From an uncultured Eubacteriales bacterium (GTDB taxonomy: Bacteria > Acidobacteriota > Aminicenantia > Aminicenantales > UBA8522), in contig CAYUKK010000016.1 of the NCBI GenBank assembly GCA_964445305.1, positions 1 to 54,409 of the forward strand: a stretch of DNA of 54,409 bases. The letters run 5' to 3'. The notes beneath the pieces were generated by a model. That model saw only the letters and a list, made by a program, of their open reading frames with translations. It did no database searches and was not told the DNA's origin. Every line of letters begins with the position of its first letter. Position 1 is the first letter of the stretch. Shown one piece after another: positions 15,581 to 24,567 of the stretch. The translations under genes and the position numbers were made by a program.

Positions 15581-17176
15581 ATGAAAAAAACCTGGTTTTT
15601 GTTGACCGCTCTTATTTTTTTTATGTTTGTCCCCTCTCAAGCTCAGGAAATCTGGGAGGGAAGGGGAGTCTGGGCCCACCCGGGGGATTTCGGGAAGAGC
15701 GAAAAAGAAGTGGAGGATTTCTTTTCCCTCCTTAAGAAGTGCCACATCCAGATTGTTGTTCCCCTGATCAAGGACACGGCCGGGCACATCTTCTGGCACA
15801 GTCGCCGGTTTCCGGAAGCGATCCATCCTGAATATAAAGACTTTGACCTTCTCCGCGCCATCACGAATGTTGCTCCCACGTACAAAATCAAAGTCCATGC
15901 CTGGCTGTGCGATTTTCCCGAGGGAAAGGACTCGCCAGCTTTCAAGAGCCATCCCGAGTGGGCGATGCGCAACCCGGAGGGCGGGCTGACCTCGGAGGAA
16001 AAGCTTACTCCAGAGCAAATATACGGGCCTGTTTGGATGTGTCCAGCGCAGCGGCCGGGGTACACTGACCAGTGGCTTCTGCCCATGATCCAGGAAGTCG
16101 TCCAGAACTATCCGGTCGAAGGCATCCATCATGATTACGTCCGCTACCCGGGCGATGTCGCCCCTGATTCCTACTGTTTTTGCGATTACTGTGTGGAAAA
16201 CTATCTCCGTTATAACTTCTTCTATTATCCTTCGCGACCTGAGGCGGCCGTGCCCTTGAAGAATATCCGCTTGCGCCAGGAATCCAACTGGGACCAGGAC
16301 TTCACGGTCAGACCAGCCAACTGGGACCAGATGAGCCGGGAGGAAAAAGCCCGGTTCATCCTTGAGGGGAAATCCATCAACCGGAGCGACCTGGATTATT
16401 TTTTCTATGAGATGCGCTGCGACGCCATCACCCGATTTGTCCGTGAAGCCTGGGAGCTGGCTTCGGCCATCCGGCCGGATATCGAGATGTCAGCGGCCGT
16501 CTTCATCAACCCGATGAAAAGCGGCCGCTTCATCGGCCAGCGCTGGACAGATTTTTTGCCCTGGCTGGACATTACCATGCCCATGACTTATCGGAGCCAT
16601 TTCCAGGGAAGCTTCGAAGATTATCTCCTTTATCTCGGCGATACCGTGCGAGCGCAAGTGGAATGGGTGGCGGAGAGATCGACTCTCCTTGTTGGGCTCG
16701 ATGCCCACTATATTTTCAGGGAAGAGCTCGAGCCCTGGGAGAAGGCCATTCAGCTTCTGAAGTCAGAAAAGGAAGCGAGGTCACCTGATTTTGAAAAAGA
16801 GCTGGCGGGGCTCCTTCAGGCGAATATCGCTTATCTTGCCAGGTTTTCGGCGCCGCGGGCGAAGGAATTGAAGGCGAGGGTCGAGCTTTTCCGGAGGGGA
16901 AAGATTGACCGGGAGGCGATGGCCGAGGCGCTCCGTCGAATTCTCAATGATCCGCCCCCGGGCTTTTTCCCGGGGGACAAACTCATCCGGACGATTGAGG
17001 TGGTGAGGCAGGCTAAAGGCCAGGGAGTTGTTATCTTTGCCGCTTCACACCTGTCAAGAAAGAAGCTCTGGGGAGCGCTCGAGAAAGCTTTTTCCTTTGC
17101 AGCTCAGCCTGCCGAGGAGAAGATTCCCGCCCGAAATCACCTTTCCATCAGAACCTGGAAAGGCCGCCAGAAATAG
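15581..17176 (+). CDS. Secreted glycosyl hydrolase-like 10 (DUF187/YddW-type) protein
   Basis: Signal peptide; RGVW, IKVHAW, HPEW, GIHHDYVRYP, SAAVF, PMTY. Confidence 0.78.
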   Translation: MKKTWFLLTALIFFMFVPSQAQEIWEGRGVWAHPGDFGKSEKEVEDFFSLLKKCHIQIVVPLIKDTAGHIFWHSRRFPEAIHPEYKDFDLLRAITNVAPTYKIKVHAWLCDFPEGKDSPAFKSHPEWAMRNPEGGLTSEEKLTPEQIYGPVWMCPAQRPGYTDQWLLPMIQEVVQNYPVEGIHHDYVRYPGDVAPDSYCFCDYCVENYLRYNFFYYPSRPEAAVPLKNIRLRQESNWDQDFTVRPANWDQMSREEKARFILEGKSINRSDLDYFFYEMRCDAITRFVREAWELASAIRPDIEMSAAVFINPMKSGRFIGQRWTDFLPWLDITMPMTYRSHFQGSFEDYLLYLGDTVRAQVEWVAERSTLLVGLDAHYIFREELEPWEKAIQLLKSEKEARSPDFEKELAGLLQANIAYLARFSAPRAKELKARVELFRRGKIDREAMAEALRRILNDPPPGFFPGDKLIRTIEVVRQAKGQGVVIFAASHLSRKKLWGALEKAFSFAAQPAEEKIPARNHLSIRTWKGRQK

Positions 17177-17347
17177 CCTTCGCTGGCTCCGGGGCGCTTC
17201 GGGCGCTCCTTGGCGCAGCTTCAACTTTGCTTTCGCGTGGGAATCGGTCTGAAGCTGGAGAGGTCCTGACGATTTCCGGTCAATCAAGAAGATAAAGGCC
17301 AGGGATATTGGCCGGCGAAGCCAGAACTGAGGTTAAAAACACGGGCC

Positions 17348-18340
17348 TCAAATATCGACGGTTTGGCCGGGAACACCGGCTTCGCGGGCCAGGCGCAGGA
17401 ATAACCCGGCTATGGCCGCATCCTGTACCCCCAGACCGGTCAGGTCGGCAACCGTGATCTCATGGTCATTCTGCCTGCCGGCCTTCAATCCCAGAACAAG
17501 CTCGCCGATTTCCCCGCTGATTTTGTCCAGAGAAATGGCGCCGCTTTTGAGAGCATGATGAACTTCACCCAGACGCCCGCACTGTTCAACCGAATCGCAG
17601 AAAAGCCGGTCAGCCCTGGCCAGGACTTCCGGAAATAGCTCCTGTTTTTCCGGTCCGTCCGAACCCATGGCTGTAATATGCGCCCCGGGTTTAAGCCATT
17701 CGGCCCTGATAATGGCCTCACGGCTCGGTGTCGCCGTGATGATTAAATCGGCCTCTTTAACCGCCTGCGCGGCCGTGGCGGCACCTGAAAAACTCACCTT
17801 GGGGAAGACCGGCTTCATATCCTCGATGTATTTCCAGACATTTTCAGGCCTCCGGCTCCAGGCGGTGACTTTCTCGAAAGAGCGCACTTCAGCCAGAGCT
17901 TTAAGTTGAAACCTGGCCTGAAAGCCAGAACCGATGACCGCTACCTCCGCGATGGAAGCTTTGGCCAGATACTTGGCCGCCACCGCCCCCGCGGCCGCCG
18001 TCCTCAGTTCAGTCAGGTAGCCGCGGTCGAATAGAATGGCCGCCAGCTCACCGGTCTTCGCCTTAAAGACCTGCATTAACCCGTTGCCAACCGGCAGGCC
18101 CCGGCCAGGATTCTGATAAAACCCCGAAGCCACCTTAATGACATAATATTCTTCCTCTTCAATGTAGGCGGCCTTAACGTGCACCTCGCCCTCAAACTCG
18201 GGCAGGTCGAGATTGATGACGCCGGGCAACACCGCTTTGCCCGAGTTGTAAGCGGCAAAAGAGCTTTCAACGGCCCTGATGGCTTCTCTTAAGTTGACCA
18301 GGTCTTTGATTTCCGGTTCGAAATAAAGTCTCATTCCCAT
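17348..18340 (-). CDS. Ornithine cyclodeaminase / mu-crystallin family protein
   Basis: YLTELRTAAAG, VIGSGFQA, ITATPS, GAHITAMGSD, DLTGLGVQD. Confidence 0.9.
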   Translation of the reverse strand: MGMRLYFEPEIKDLVNLREAIRAVESSFAAYNSGKAVLPGVINLDLPEFEGEVHVKAAYIEEEEYYVIKVASGFYQNPGRGLPVGNGLMQVFKAKTGELAAILFDRGYLTELRTAAAGAVAAKYLAKASIAEVAVIGSGFQARFQLKALAEVRSFEKVTAWSRRPENVWKYIEDMKPVFPKVSFSGAATAAQAVKEADLIITATPSREAIIRAEWLKPGAHITAMGSDGPEKQELFPEVLARADRLFCDSVEQCGRLGEVHHALKSGAISLDKISGEIGELVLGLKAGRQNDHEITVADLTGLGVQDAAIAGLFLRLAREAGVPGQTVDI

Positions 18341-18540
18341 GGTCCTGATCCTGGCTATTTCAGTTCCCCGGGTTGCCGGGGGTTTTCAATCCTGACTGGA
18401 AGCGGAGCTGATCTTCCGGCTTTATCCTGGCCGACAAACATAGTCCGATGCGGGAAAGGTGGGGAAATTTCCTCTCGGTGCGATCTGAATATCAAGGCCC
18501 CGCGATCAGTTATCATCTCCCACGATCCCCGGGCCATAAC

Positions 18541-18569
18541 ATCTTATTTTTTCAAGATGAAATGGTCAA
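18541..18569 (-). promoter_or_regulatory. sigma70-type promoter upstream of the cyclodeaminase gene
   Basis: Minus strand TTGACC-17 nt-TAAGAT, overlapped by the short palindrome CATCTT-N8-AAGATG (18540-18559). Confidence 0.6.
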
Positions 18570-18683
18570 GGAGATGGTGATTCTTCTTGGCTTTTTTTAT
18601 GAGGTCTTTTTCCATCAGGATGGGCCCGGAGTGGGGCGCGAGACCTTCCGGGCGCAGGCTGTTTTCCCCCTCGACAGAGGAAA

Positions 18684-19265
18684 TCAACAGTATTTGTTTC
18701 GGAGCTCTTCAAGAATCGATTCAAAATACTCATGCTTGCCTTCGCCAACGATTTCCTTTTCGACTCGCTCAAATTCTTTTTCCAGTTTTTTCTTGTCCGT
18801 ATCGGTAAGGCGAGCATCGCCCATCGGATAGAGAATGTTATCCTCCTTGAAAATATGTTGATTCAGAATCGAGATATAGGCTCTGGCGTGTCGGGCAAAA
18901 TCAAGCCCAGCCCTTTTCTCCCCTTGAGCCAATCGCCCGACAGCGTCTTTCATAGCCCGGACTTCATTTCGGCCTTCCTCGTGCTCGGCTAACATGACGC
19001 CGATTGGCCCTCCCTGTTGGGGAACGCCCGCCTTTTCCATGGCCGGAAAGAGCAAATCCTCCTCCTTGGCATGATGGCACCGGTCAGCAAAACCAGTGAT
19101 GAATTCAAGTGCCCGCCTGAGATGGTCGATTTCAACTTGTTCTCCGTCCTCCAACTTTTTTGCCAGATTTTCCAGCACTTTCAGCATGGTTTGGATGGCC
19201 TCATGTTCAGCCATGAGAATTTGAGTTGGGCTGAGTTTTTCTCCCGCCGTTTTCTCTTTTTTCAT
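18684..19265 (-). CDS. Hemerythrin-domain (HHE) protein
   Basis: LMAEHE, HHAKEEDLLFP, MLAEHEEGR, QHIFKEDNILYP. Confidence 0.9.
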   Translation of the reverse strand: MKKEKTAGEKLSPTQILMAEHEAIQTMLKVLENLAKKLEDGEQVEIDHLRRALEFITGFADRCHHAKEEDLLFPAMEKAGVPQQGGPIGVMLAEHEEGRNEVRAMKDAVGRLAQGEKRAGLDFARHARAYISILNQHIFKEDNILYPMGDARLTDTDKKKLEKEFERVEKEIVGEGKHEYFESILEELRNKYC

Positions 19266-19714
19266 GGTCTAAACCTCCTCTTATCGATGAGGGCCGACAA
19301 AGAGGCTGGATGGCTTATTCTTGAGAGGTCTTTCAGAGTCAGTTTTTTCAGCTCGTCAACAAGGCTGGCCTCGAGCTCCAGGATCTTTTGTCTTAAAGCA
19401 CAGGTCTTGATGTCCGGGCAGATTTTTTTCTGAAAGAGACATTCCTGAAGCTCAACCTGTCCCTGAAAGGCTTCGATGACGTTGAGAATTCTTATGTCAG
19501 CCGGATCCAGCTCGAGCCAGAAGCCGCCCCCTTTGCCCCTGGATGATTTCAAGAACCCCTTTTTCTGCAAATCCTGAAGAATTCTCCGCAAGAATTGTCG
19601 GGAAATTCCCATCTTTTCGGATAGATTGGCCGTATCGACCCTTTTTCCTTTGGATGGAGCCATCAACAGGAGAGCCTTTAAGGCCGCATCCGTGTCGCGT
19701 CTCAAAAGTTTCAT
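19262..19714 (-). CDS. Rrf2-family transcriptional regulator with three Cys (Fe-S binding)
   Basis: Winged HTH (FLRRILQDL..G.LKSSRGKGGGF) and ECLFQKKICPDIKTC; overlaps the hemerythrin start. Confidence 0.9.
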   Translation of the reverse strand: MKLLRRDTDAALKALLLMAPSKGKRVDTANLSEKMGISRQFLRRILQDLQKKGFLKSSRGKGGGFWLELDPADIRILNVIEAFQGQVELQECLFQKKICPDIKTCALRQKILELEASLVDELKKLTLKDLSRISHPASLSALIDKRRFRP

Positions 19715-19723
19715 TCCATCAAG

Positions 19724-19753
19724 AATGATACTATAATAGTATCATTATTTCAA
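19724..19753 (-). promoter_or_regulatory. Perfect 11-1-11 palindromic operator overlapping the Rrf2 promoter
   Basis: AATGATACTAT-A-ATAGTATCATT (19724-19746); minus-strand TTGAAA (19748-19753), 17-nt spacer, TATCAT (19725-19730). Confidence 0.8.
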
Positions 19754-19970
19754 GAGGATAACAAAATTGAAGATTCTTGGTTTATCATTAGCCCCCCAAT
19801 TCAAGGGTACAGGCGGAGCTCGATCGCCGGGCGCCTTGCCCTTCTCCCTGAGACTTCTCATGAGCTTCTGATGACCGCAGAATTTTCGTTGAACTTTTGA
19901 ATAGGAACCTGAACAGGGATGTTAAGAAGAGGTTAAGAGCGCGGGGAGCTATCCCGGGATGCGACTGAGC

Positions 19971-21929
19971 TCAAGGGTTAGACTTCGCGGGTGGAGGAAG
20001 CCTCCTGTACCATAAGAAATAGAGGCCAGTGAGGGAAATGGCGAGGATAGCCCCGGCAACTGCCGCGGCGCGGTACTGCCGGATGATCAGAAACATGGGC
20101 AACATCAGCATAGTCAGCTGCCAGAAGAAGGCAAAGGGAAGCGACGCCAGGTCGAATTTGTGCTCAGCCTTCATGGCCTCTGCCTCCTCGGCCGAAAGGA
20201 TTTTCCGCAGCGGGCCCCACAGCCCGAAGGGTCTTGTTTTCCGGTAGAATTTCTCGAGAACGGCCCGGTCGGTTGGAGGACGGAGATAGGTGGCGAACAG
20301 GCTGCCGAGCGTGCCCATGGCGACCATGTAGACAATCTGCTGCCACTCCGGCATGACCGGGATGAGAATCCTCTGGACGAGCGCCGCGGCCAGGCCGAGA
20401 AGCGTGCCCAGGGCAAACCCGCTCCCGTTGAACCGCCACCAGTAGAGGCGGAGCACCGTCGGGACCATCGTCCCCCCGACAAGGCCCATGGTCAGCCAGC
20501 CCCAGATGTCGTTGATGTTTTTGGTGGAGTAGGCGGTCGAAAACCCGATGAGCATGACCAGGGCGCCGAACGCGTAGCTCATATGGATCAGCTCTCTATT
20601 TTTTGCCTTGGGTCGGATATAGCCCTGGTAGAGGTCGCGCGTCAGGAACCCGGTGCTTGCGTTAACAATGGCGTTGAACGTGGACATGGCCGCAGCCAGG
20701 AAGGATACGAGAATTAGCCCTCGAAGCCCCACCGGGATGCTCATCAAAAGAACGGCCGGCAGGATCCGCTCCGGGTCCACGGTGCCGTGATAGCTCAGGA
20801 GGCTGAGTTTGGAGCTCCAGTCCTGGCCGAGAAGATGCGCCAACCCGTTGATCAGAGCGGGCGAGAATGCCTGGGGATGATTCATGATTCGGGAGATGAG
20901 CTCCGGCCACTCGTTTTGCGGGACTGAGCCAACCTGCGTCTTGATCAGCTCCGCCGCCTGTGTCAGGACCGTTTGGTCCGGGAAGAGGCTTTTGATGAGG
21001 AGGAGCCCCAGGACGACAAAGCTCATCATCAGCGGCCAGCGGAGCATGAACGTCCAGCCAGCTGTGAAGCTGAGAAGACCACAATCACGGTCGCTCCGGG
21101 CGCCGAAAAACCGCGGGTCGGCGCCAGTGCCCAGGCCCTGGATAATGGTCTTCCCCAGATAAAAAAGCGTCATCATGAGGAGGAAGCTGTACTGTTCGTA
21201 GCCGGCTGGCATCGGAGTTTTCCATTGCGGGAGCGCGCTCAGCCAGTCGGGGTTGCCGGTGACGGAAGTGGCCAGCGACCCGAGGTCGGCGACACCGGCG
21301 ATCCTCGTTACAGCCAGGGCGACAATGAAACCGACGCCGATCCAGATGCAGATGGACTGGAAGATATCGGTGAAGACGACGCCGTAGAACCCCGCCTCGA
21401 TGGTGTAGAGCCCGGTAACGACCATCATGACCAGCGAGCAGACGAGCGGCGAGAGAGGCAGGAACATGGAAAGGAAGAGCCCGGCTCCTTTGAAGGAGTA
21501 CGCAAGGAGCGCCAGGTTGATGATGACCGAAGAGACGACCGACATGAGCCGCGCGAAGTGACCCCAGAAGTCCGTGCCGAAGCGGAAGATCATCCACTCG
21601 GCGCCGGTGATGACTCCCGAACGGCGATGCCATTTTCCCGCCCAGAGCATGAAGAAGATGAGGACAAGGCCCGCCCCGCCGCGGAATTCGACATAAATCC
21701 CGCGCGGTCCGAGAAGAAAGAGGAACGAGGTGATGATCATCGTCCCCGTCATGTCGAACCAGAAGGTCATCTGGGAAAGACCGAGAGCCCACCAGGGAAG
21801 CCGGCGACCGGCCAGGAAATAATGCTCCAGGCTGGTGGCCGCTTTCCTACGGAAATGGGAGCCGATGCCGATGAGGATGACGAAGTAAAGAACGATGACG
21901 ATGTAGTCGCCAGGTCGGAGATATCGCAC
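19971..21929 (-). CDS. Sodium:solute symporter (SSS) family transporter
   Basis: YFLAGRRLPWW, GFYGVVFTDIFQ, AAAMST, RLYWWRFN; many TM helices. Confidence 0.9.
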   Translation of the reverse strand: MRYLRPGDYIVIVLYFVILIGIGSHFRRKAATSLEHYFLAGRRLPWWALGLSQMTFWFDMTGTMIITSFLFLLGPRGIYVEFRGGAGLVLIFFMLWAGKWHRRSGVITGAEWMIFRFGTDFWGHFARLMSVVSSVIINLALLAYSFKGAGLFLSMFLPLSPLVCSLVMMVVTGLYTIEAGFYGVVFTDIFQSICIWIGVGFIVALAVTRIAGVADLGSLATSVTGNPDWLSALPQWKTPMPAGYEQYSFLLMMTLFYLGKTIIQGLGTGADPRFFGARSDRDCGLLSFTAGWTFMLRWPLMMSFVVLGLLLIKSLFPDQTVLTQAAELIKTQVGSVPQNEWPELISRIMNHPQAFSPALINGLAHLLGQDWSSKLSLLSYHGTVDPERILPAVLLMSIPVGLRGLILVSFLAAAMSTFNAIVNASTGFLTRDLYQGYIRPKAKNRELIHMSYAFGALVMLIGFSTAYSTKNINDIWGWLTMGLVGGTMVPTVLRLYWWRFNGSGFALGTLLGLAAALVQRILIPVMPEWQQIVYMVAMGTLGSLFATYLRPPTDRAVLEKFYRKTRPFGLWGPLRKILSAEEAEAMKAEHKFDLASLPFAFFWQLTMLMLPMFLIIRQYRAAAVAGAILAISLTGLYFLWYRRLPPPAKSNP

Positions 21930-21966
21930 GGTCCCCTAAAACCGGTTTCGCATCATCTCGGATGTC

Positions 21967-22314
21967 TCAATATTCCCCGCGGTTCGGCACGATACAGATG
22001 AACTCGAAGTCTTCAGCGAAGGGATTCTCGAATTGGTGCAGGGCGTTCGGGGGGACGAGAGCGAAATCTTTCTCGGCGATTTCGTGCTCTATTCCGTCCA
22101 GGATCAGCCGGCCCTTACCGGACATGACATAATTGACGTGCTCCCAATCGTGCCGATGCTTCGGCGTATGCCCTCCCGGTGCAATCTTGAAGACCCGCAA
22201 CGTATACTGCTCCCAACCTTCATTTTTCCCTAAGGGAATTTTTTTGGTGACTCCCCGAGCGCCCTCCATCGTGACCCGGACTTCTTCCAAATCACCGTAT
22301 TTCCTGACGGGCAT
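21967..22314 (-). CDS. Cupin-2 domain protein
   Basis: AAGGAG SD then MPVRK; PGGHTPKHRHDWEH and VPPNALHQFEN cupin motifs. Confidence 0.88.
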   Translation of the reverse strand: MPVRKYGDLEEVRVTMEGARGVTKKIPLGKNEGWEQYTLRVFKIAPGGHTPKHRHDWEHVNYVMSGKGRLILDGIEHEIAEKDFALVPPNALHQFENPFAEDFEFICIVPNRGEY

Positions 22315-22404
22315 TGTCTTTCTCCTTGCTAATCTATCTACGTTTAAAACCGGTCGATTAGAGTCACGATGACCACTCCCGGAGTGAAGGGGGAGTGGGC
22401 GTCG

Positions 22405-22641
22405 CCTGATGAGCGCGGGGATTATTGTATCGATTCGGGAAATCGCTTTCAACCCGAAGACGAGCTGGGACGCATCCTCTCGCTCCATGATGAAAAGCGA
22501 AAGAATTGGATGCTTGATTTTTGCAGACCGGAACAGCGCCTCATTGTCCCTGACAGGGAGGTTGATATCGCTCCACTACGGATAAAGAGGGCATCTGGAA
22601 GCCGGCGTTAGAAATCCGTCATCAAGCGCCGCAACCTCATC
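22405..22641 (-). pseudogene. Possible degraded receiver (REC) domain remnant
   Basis: Minus strand reads DEVAALDDG...*WSDINLPVRDNEALFRSAKIKHPILSLFIM. This resembles the REC 'D-I-x-L-P-x-x-D-G' region but has an in-frame TAG. Confidence 0.3.
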
Positions 22642-24517
22642 CTGGCTTTTCCCGCCGCGATGAACGGTTTTCTCTTTTATTGTAAACGACAAGAATTGTC
22701 ACGAGAATCGAGGCCAATATCGTCGCTAAAATCTGGCGAGCTCGTGAATGCGGCGGACCCTTGTAGAAAGCGACAACTTCGTAGGTTCCGGGAGGCAAGG
22801 GCCCGATCCTTATTCTTGCATCAGGGCCAAGGCTTTTTCTGATGGATGGCTGGCTTAACTCTCTTTGGTTGACCATTATTTTCCAGTCAGGGAAGTAAAT
22901 TTGGTTAATGGTTATCGTGTCCTTCTTGTGGAGCGTTGTCTTGAAGCGAATTCTGAATGGGGAATGGCCTTTTTGGTAGAAGATCTTACTTCTGGATTCT
23001 GTTTCGACAAGGGGTCGGCCGTTTCCTCTCGGCCCCAACCCGATGACTTTTTCGGCGCCGTTTTTTGGCGTGTATTCCCAGGTGACGGCGAATGTGTGAA
23101 ACCCCGTCCTGAGGTTTCTCAAGAACAAATAATATCCCCTTTTGAAATCGACTCGACTTTGCGGTTTAAAGGCCGGCAGTTGCCAGAGAACGGTGATGCC
23201 GATGAGCGCACCGTAGAGCATTTTTTTTAGAACAGGGATTCTGCCCCTCAAGAAAAGGGCCAGGCCGGAAATGGCCAATGCTTGGAAAATCGCTGTGACC
23301 GAGAGCAAACGCCAAGGAAACTGGACAAACCGGAGGGGCAAAAATTTGTCCCACAGGAGGGTGCTCAATGGGCTCATCATAAGAATGAGGACAAGGTAGA
23401 TAAGGAAGGAATGTCGGATGAGTCTCGTTCTGTAGCTTAAGCAGAAACCAAGACAAGCCACCGTAAAGTGGATTGTCCCCAAGGGAAGGGGCAGGCTGTC
23501 ATCCGGCGAAGGACCGGAATTGCCGAACCCCCAGAACCTTGAAAAAAACTGCGGCCAATGAACAACGTGGGCCGATGCCCGGTAAGGACCCTCGATCAAA
23601 CGATTCATTTGGACATAGGGCCTCATCTGGATAAGGGGAAACCAATAGGACGATGTCCACAAAAAAGCCAAGAGTGCTGCGACTGAGATATGGACCAGGT
23701 ATTGATGGCGATAAGCCAATTCCTTTGCCTGGAGTATGGCCAGCAGAGCGAAAGCCGGGACATAGAAAAGCGCCGTCGCCGGATGGGAAAGGATTACCAG
23801 GCCGAAGAAAAACACAAGAAAAGCCAGATTAAGGATGGAGACTCGGCCGTTTATCTCCATGGTCTTGGCGAATCGAAAGAGGAAGAGAAGGGGCAAGGGA
23901 GTAAGGAGCATAGCCATTAATTCGCTCAGGGCGCCCCGGACGAAAAGGTTAACATAAAGGTAGGGAGTGAGCAGGAACATGATGGCCACAAAGAGAGCGG
24001 CGGAGTATTCCTTGACCAGGAGAAGTGCAATTTCAAAAACAGCTATAGAACCAAGGATAAACAGAAAGAGGAGGAGGACATAGAAAACATAGAGGGGATA
24101 TCCGGGCAAGATGGAGAACAGCAGGCCAGCGAAGAAAAAGCCAGGCTGATAAAAAACGAAAGTCGGATATCCATAGCCGCCAAACAAATCGGGCATCCAG
24201 CGGGGATAAAGATTTCCGCTTAAAAACGATTTCCTCACCTGGTCGAGCAAAACGAAATAGCGCCAGTCCTCATGGGAAGAAAACCAGCTACCGCTAAAAA
24301 CAAGGTTGGAAAGGGCCAGAAGGGCAGACAGACAGATGAAAAGGTAGCAAGCAGCCTTAACGAAGAAGAACCGCTTTTGAACAGAGCGGCCGGGAGGCGC
24401 GTTGGCGCGCTGTTTTGCCGCAATCACCATCGGGAGGAAGAATAAATCATGACTCGAGAATTTGTCAAAGGCATGGCCAGGCCGTCGCTGGGAAGATGGC
24501 GTTGCAATCTTCTCCAA
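22637..24517 (-). CDS. Polytopic membrane protein, GT-C / PTPS-related (YfhO-like) glycosyltransferase
   Basis: YPRWMPDLFGGYGYPTFVFYQP, TPY...RGALSE, VQFPWRLL, YFPDW. The true start may be nearer 24430. Confidence 0.75.
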   Translation of the reverse strand: MEKIATPSSQRRPGHAFDKFSSHDLFFLPMVIAAKQRANAPPGRSVQKRFFFVKAACYLFICLSALLALSNLVFSGSWFSSHEDWRYFVLLDQVRKSFLSGNLYPRWMPDLFGGYGYPTFVFYQPGFFFAGLLFSILPGYPLYVFYVLLLFLFILGSIAVFEIALLLVKEYSAALFVAIMFLLTPYLYVNLFVRGALSELMAMLLTPLPLLFLFRFAKTMEINGRVSILNLAFLVFFFGLVILSHPATALFYVPAFALLAILQAKELAYRHQYLVHISVAALLAFLWTSSYWFPLIQMRPYVQMNRLIEGPYRASAHVVHWPQFFSRFWGFGNSGPSPDDSLPLPLGTIHFTVACLGFCLSYRTRLIRHSFLIYLVLILMMSPLSTLLWDKFLPLRFVQFPWRLLSVTAIFQALAISGLALFLRGRIPVLKKMLYGALIGITVLWQLPAFKPQSRVDFKRGYYLFLRNLRTGFHTFAVTWEYTPKNGAEKVIGLGPRGNGRPLVETESRSKIFYQKGHSPFRIRFKTTLHKKDTITINQIYFPDWKIMVNQRELSQPSIRKSLGPDARIRIGPLPPGTYEVVAFYKGPPHSRARQILATILASILVTILVVYNKRENRSSRREKPG

Positions 24518-24567
24518 GCATCATCTATAATTTTTCCTCCTCTTGAAGCGAGGAAAGTGGATTCAGG

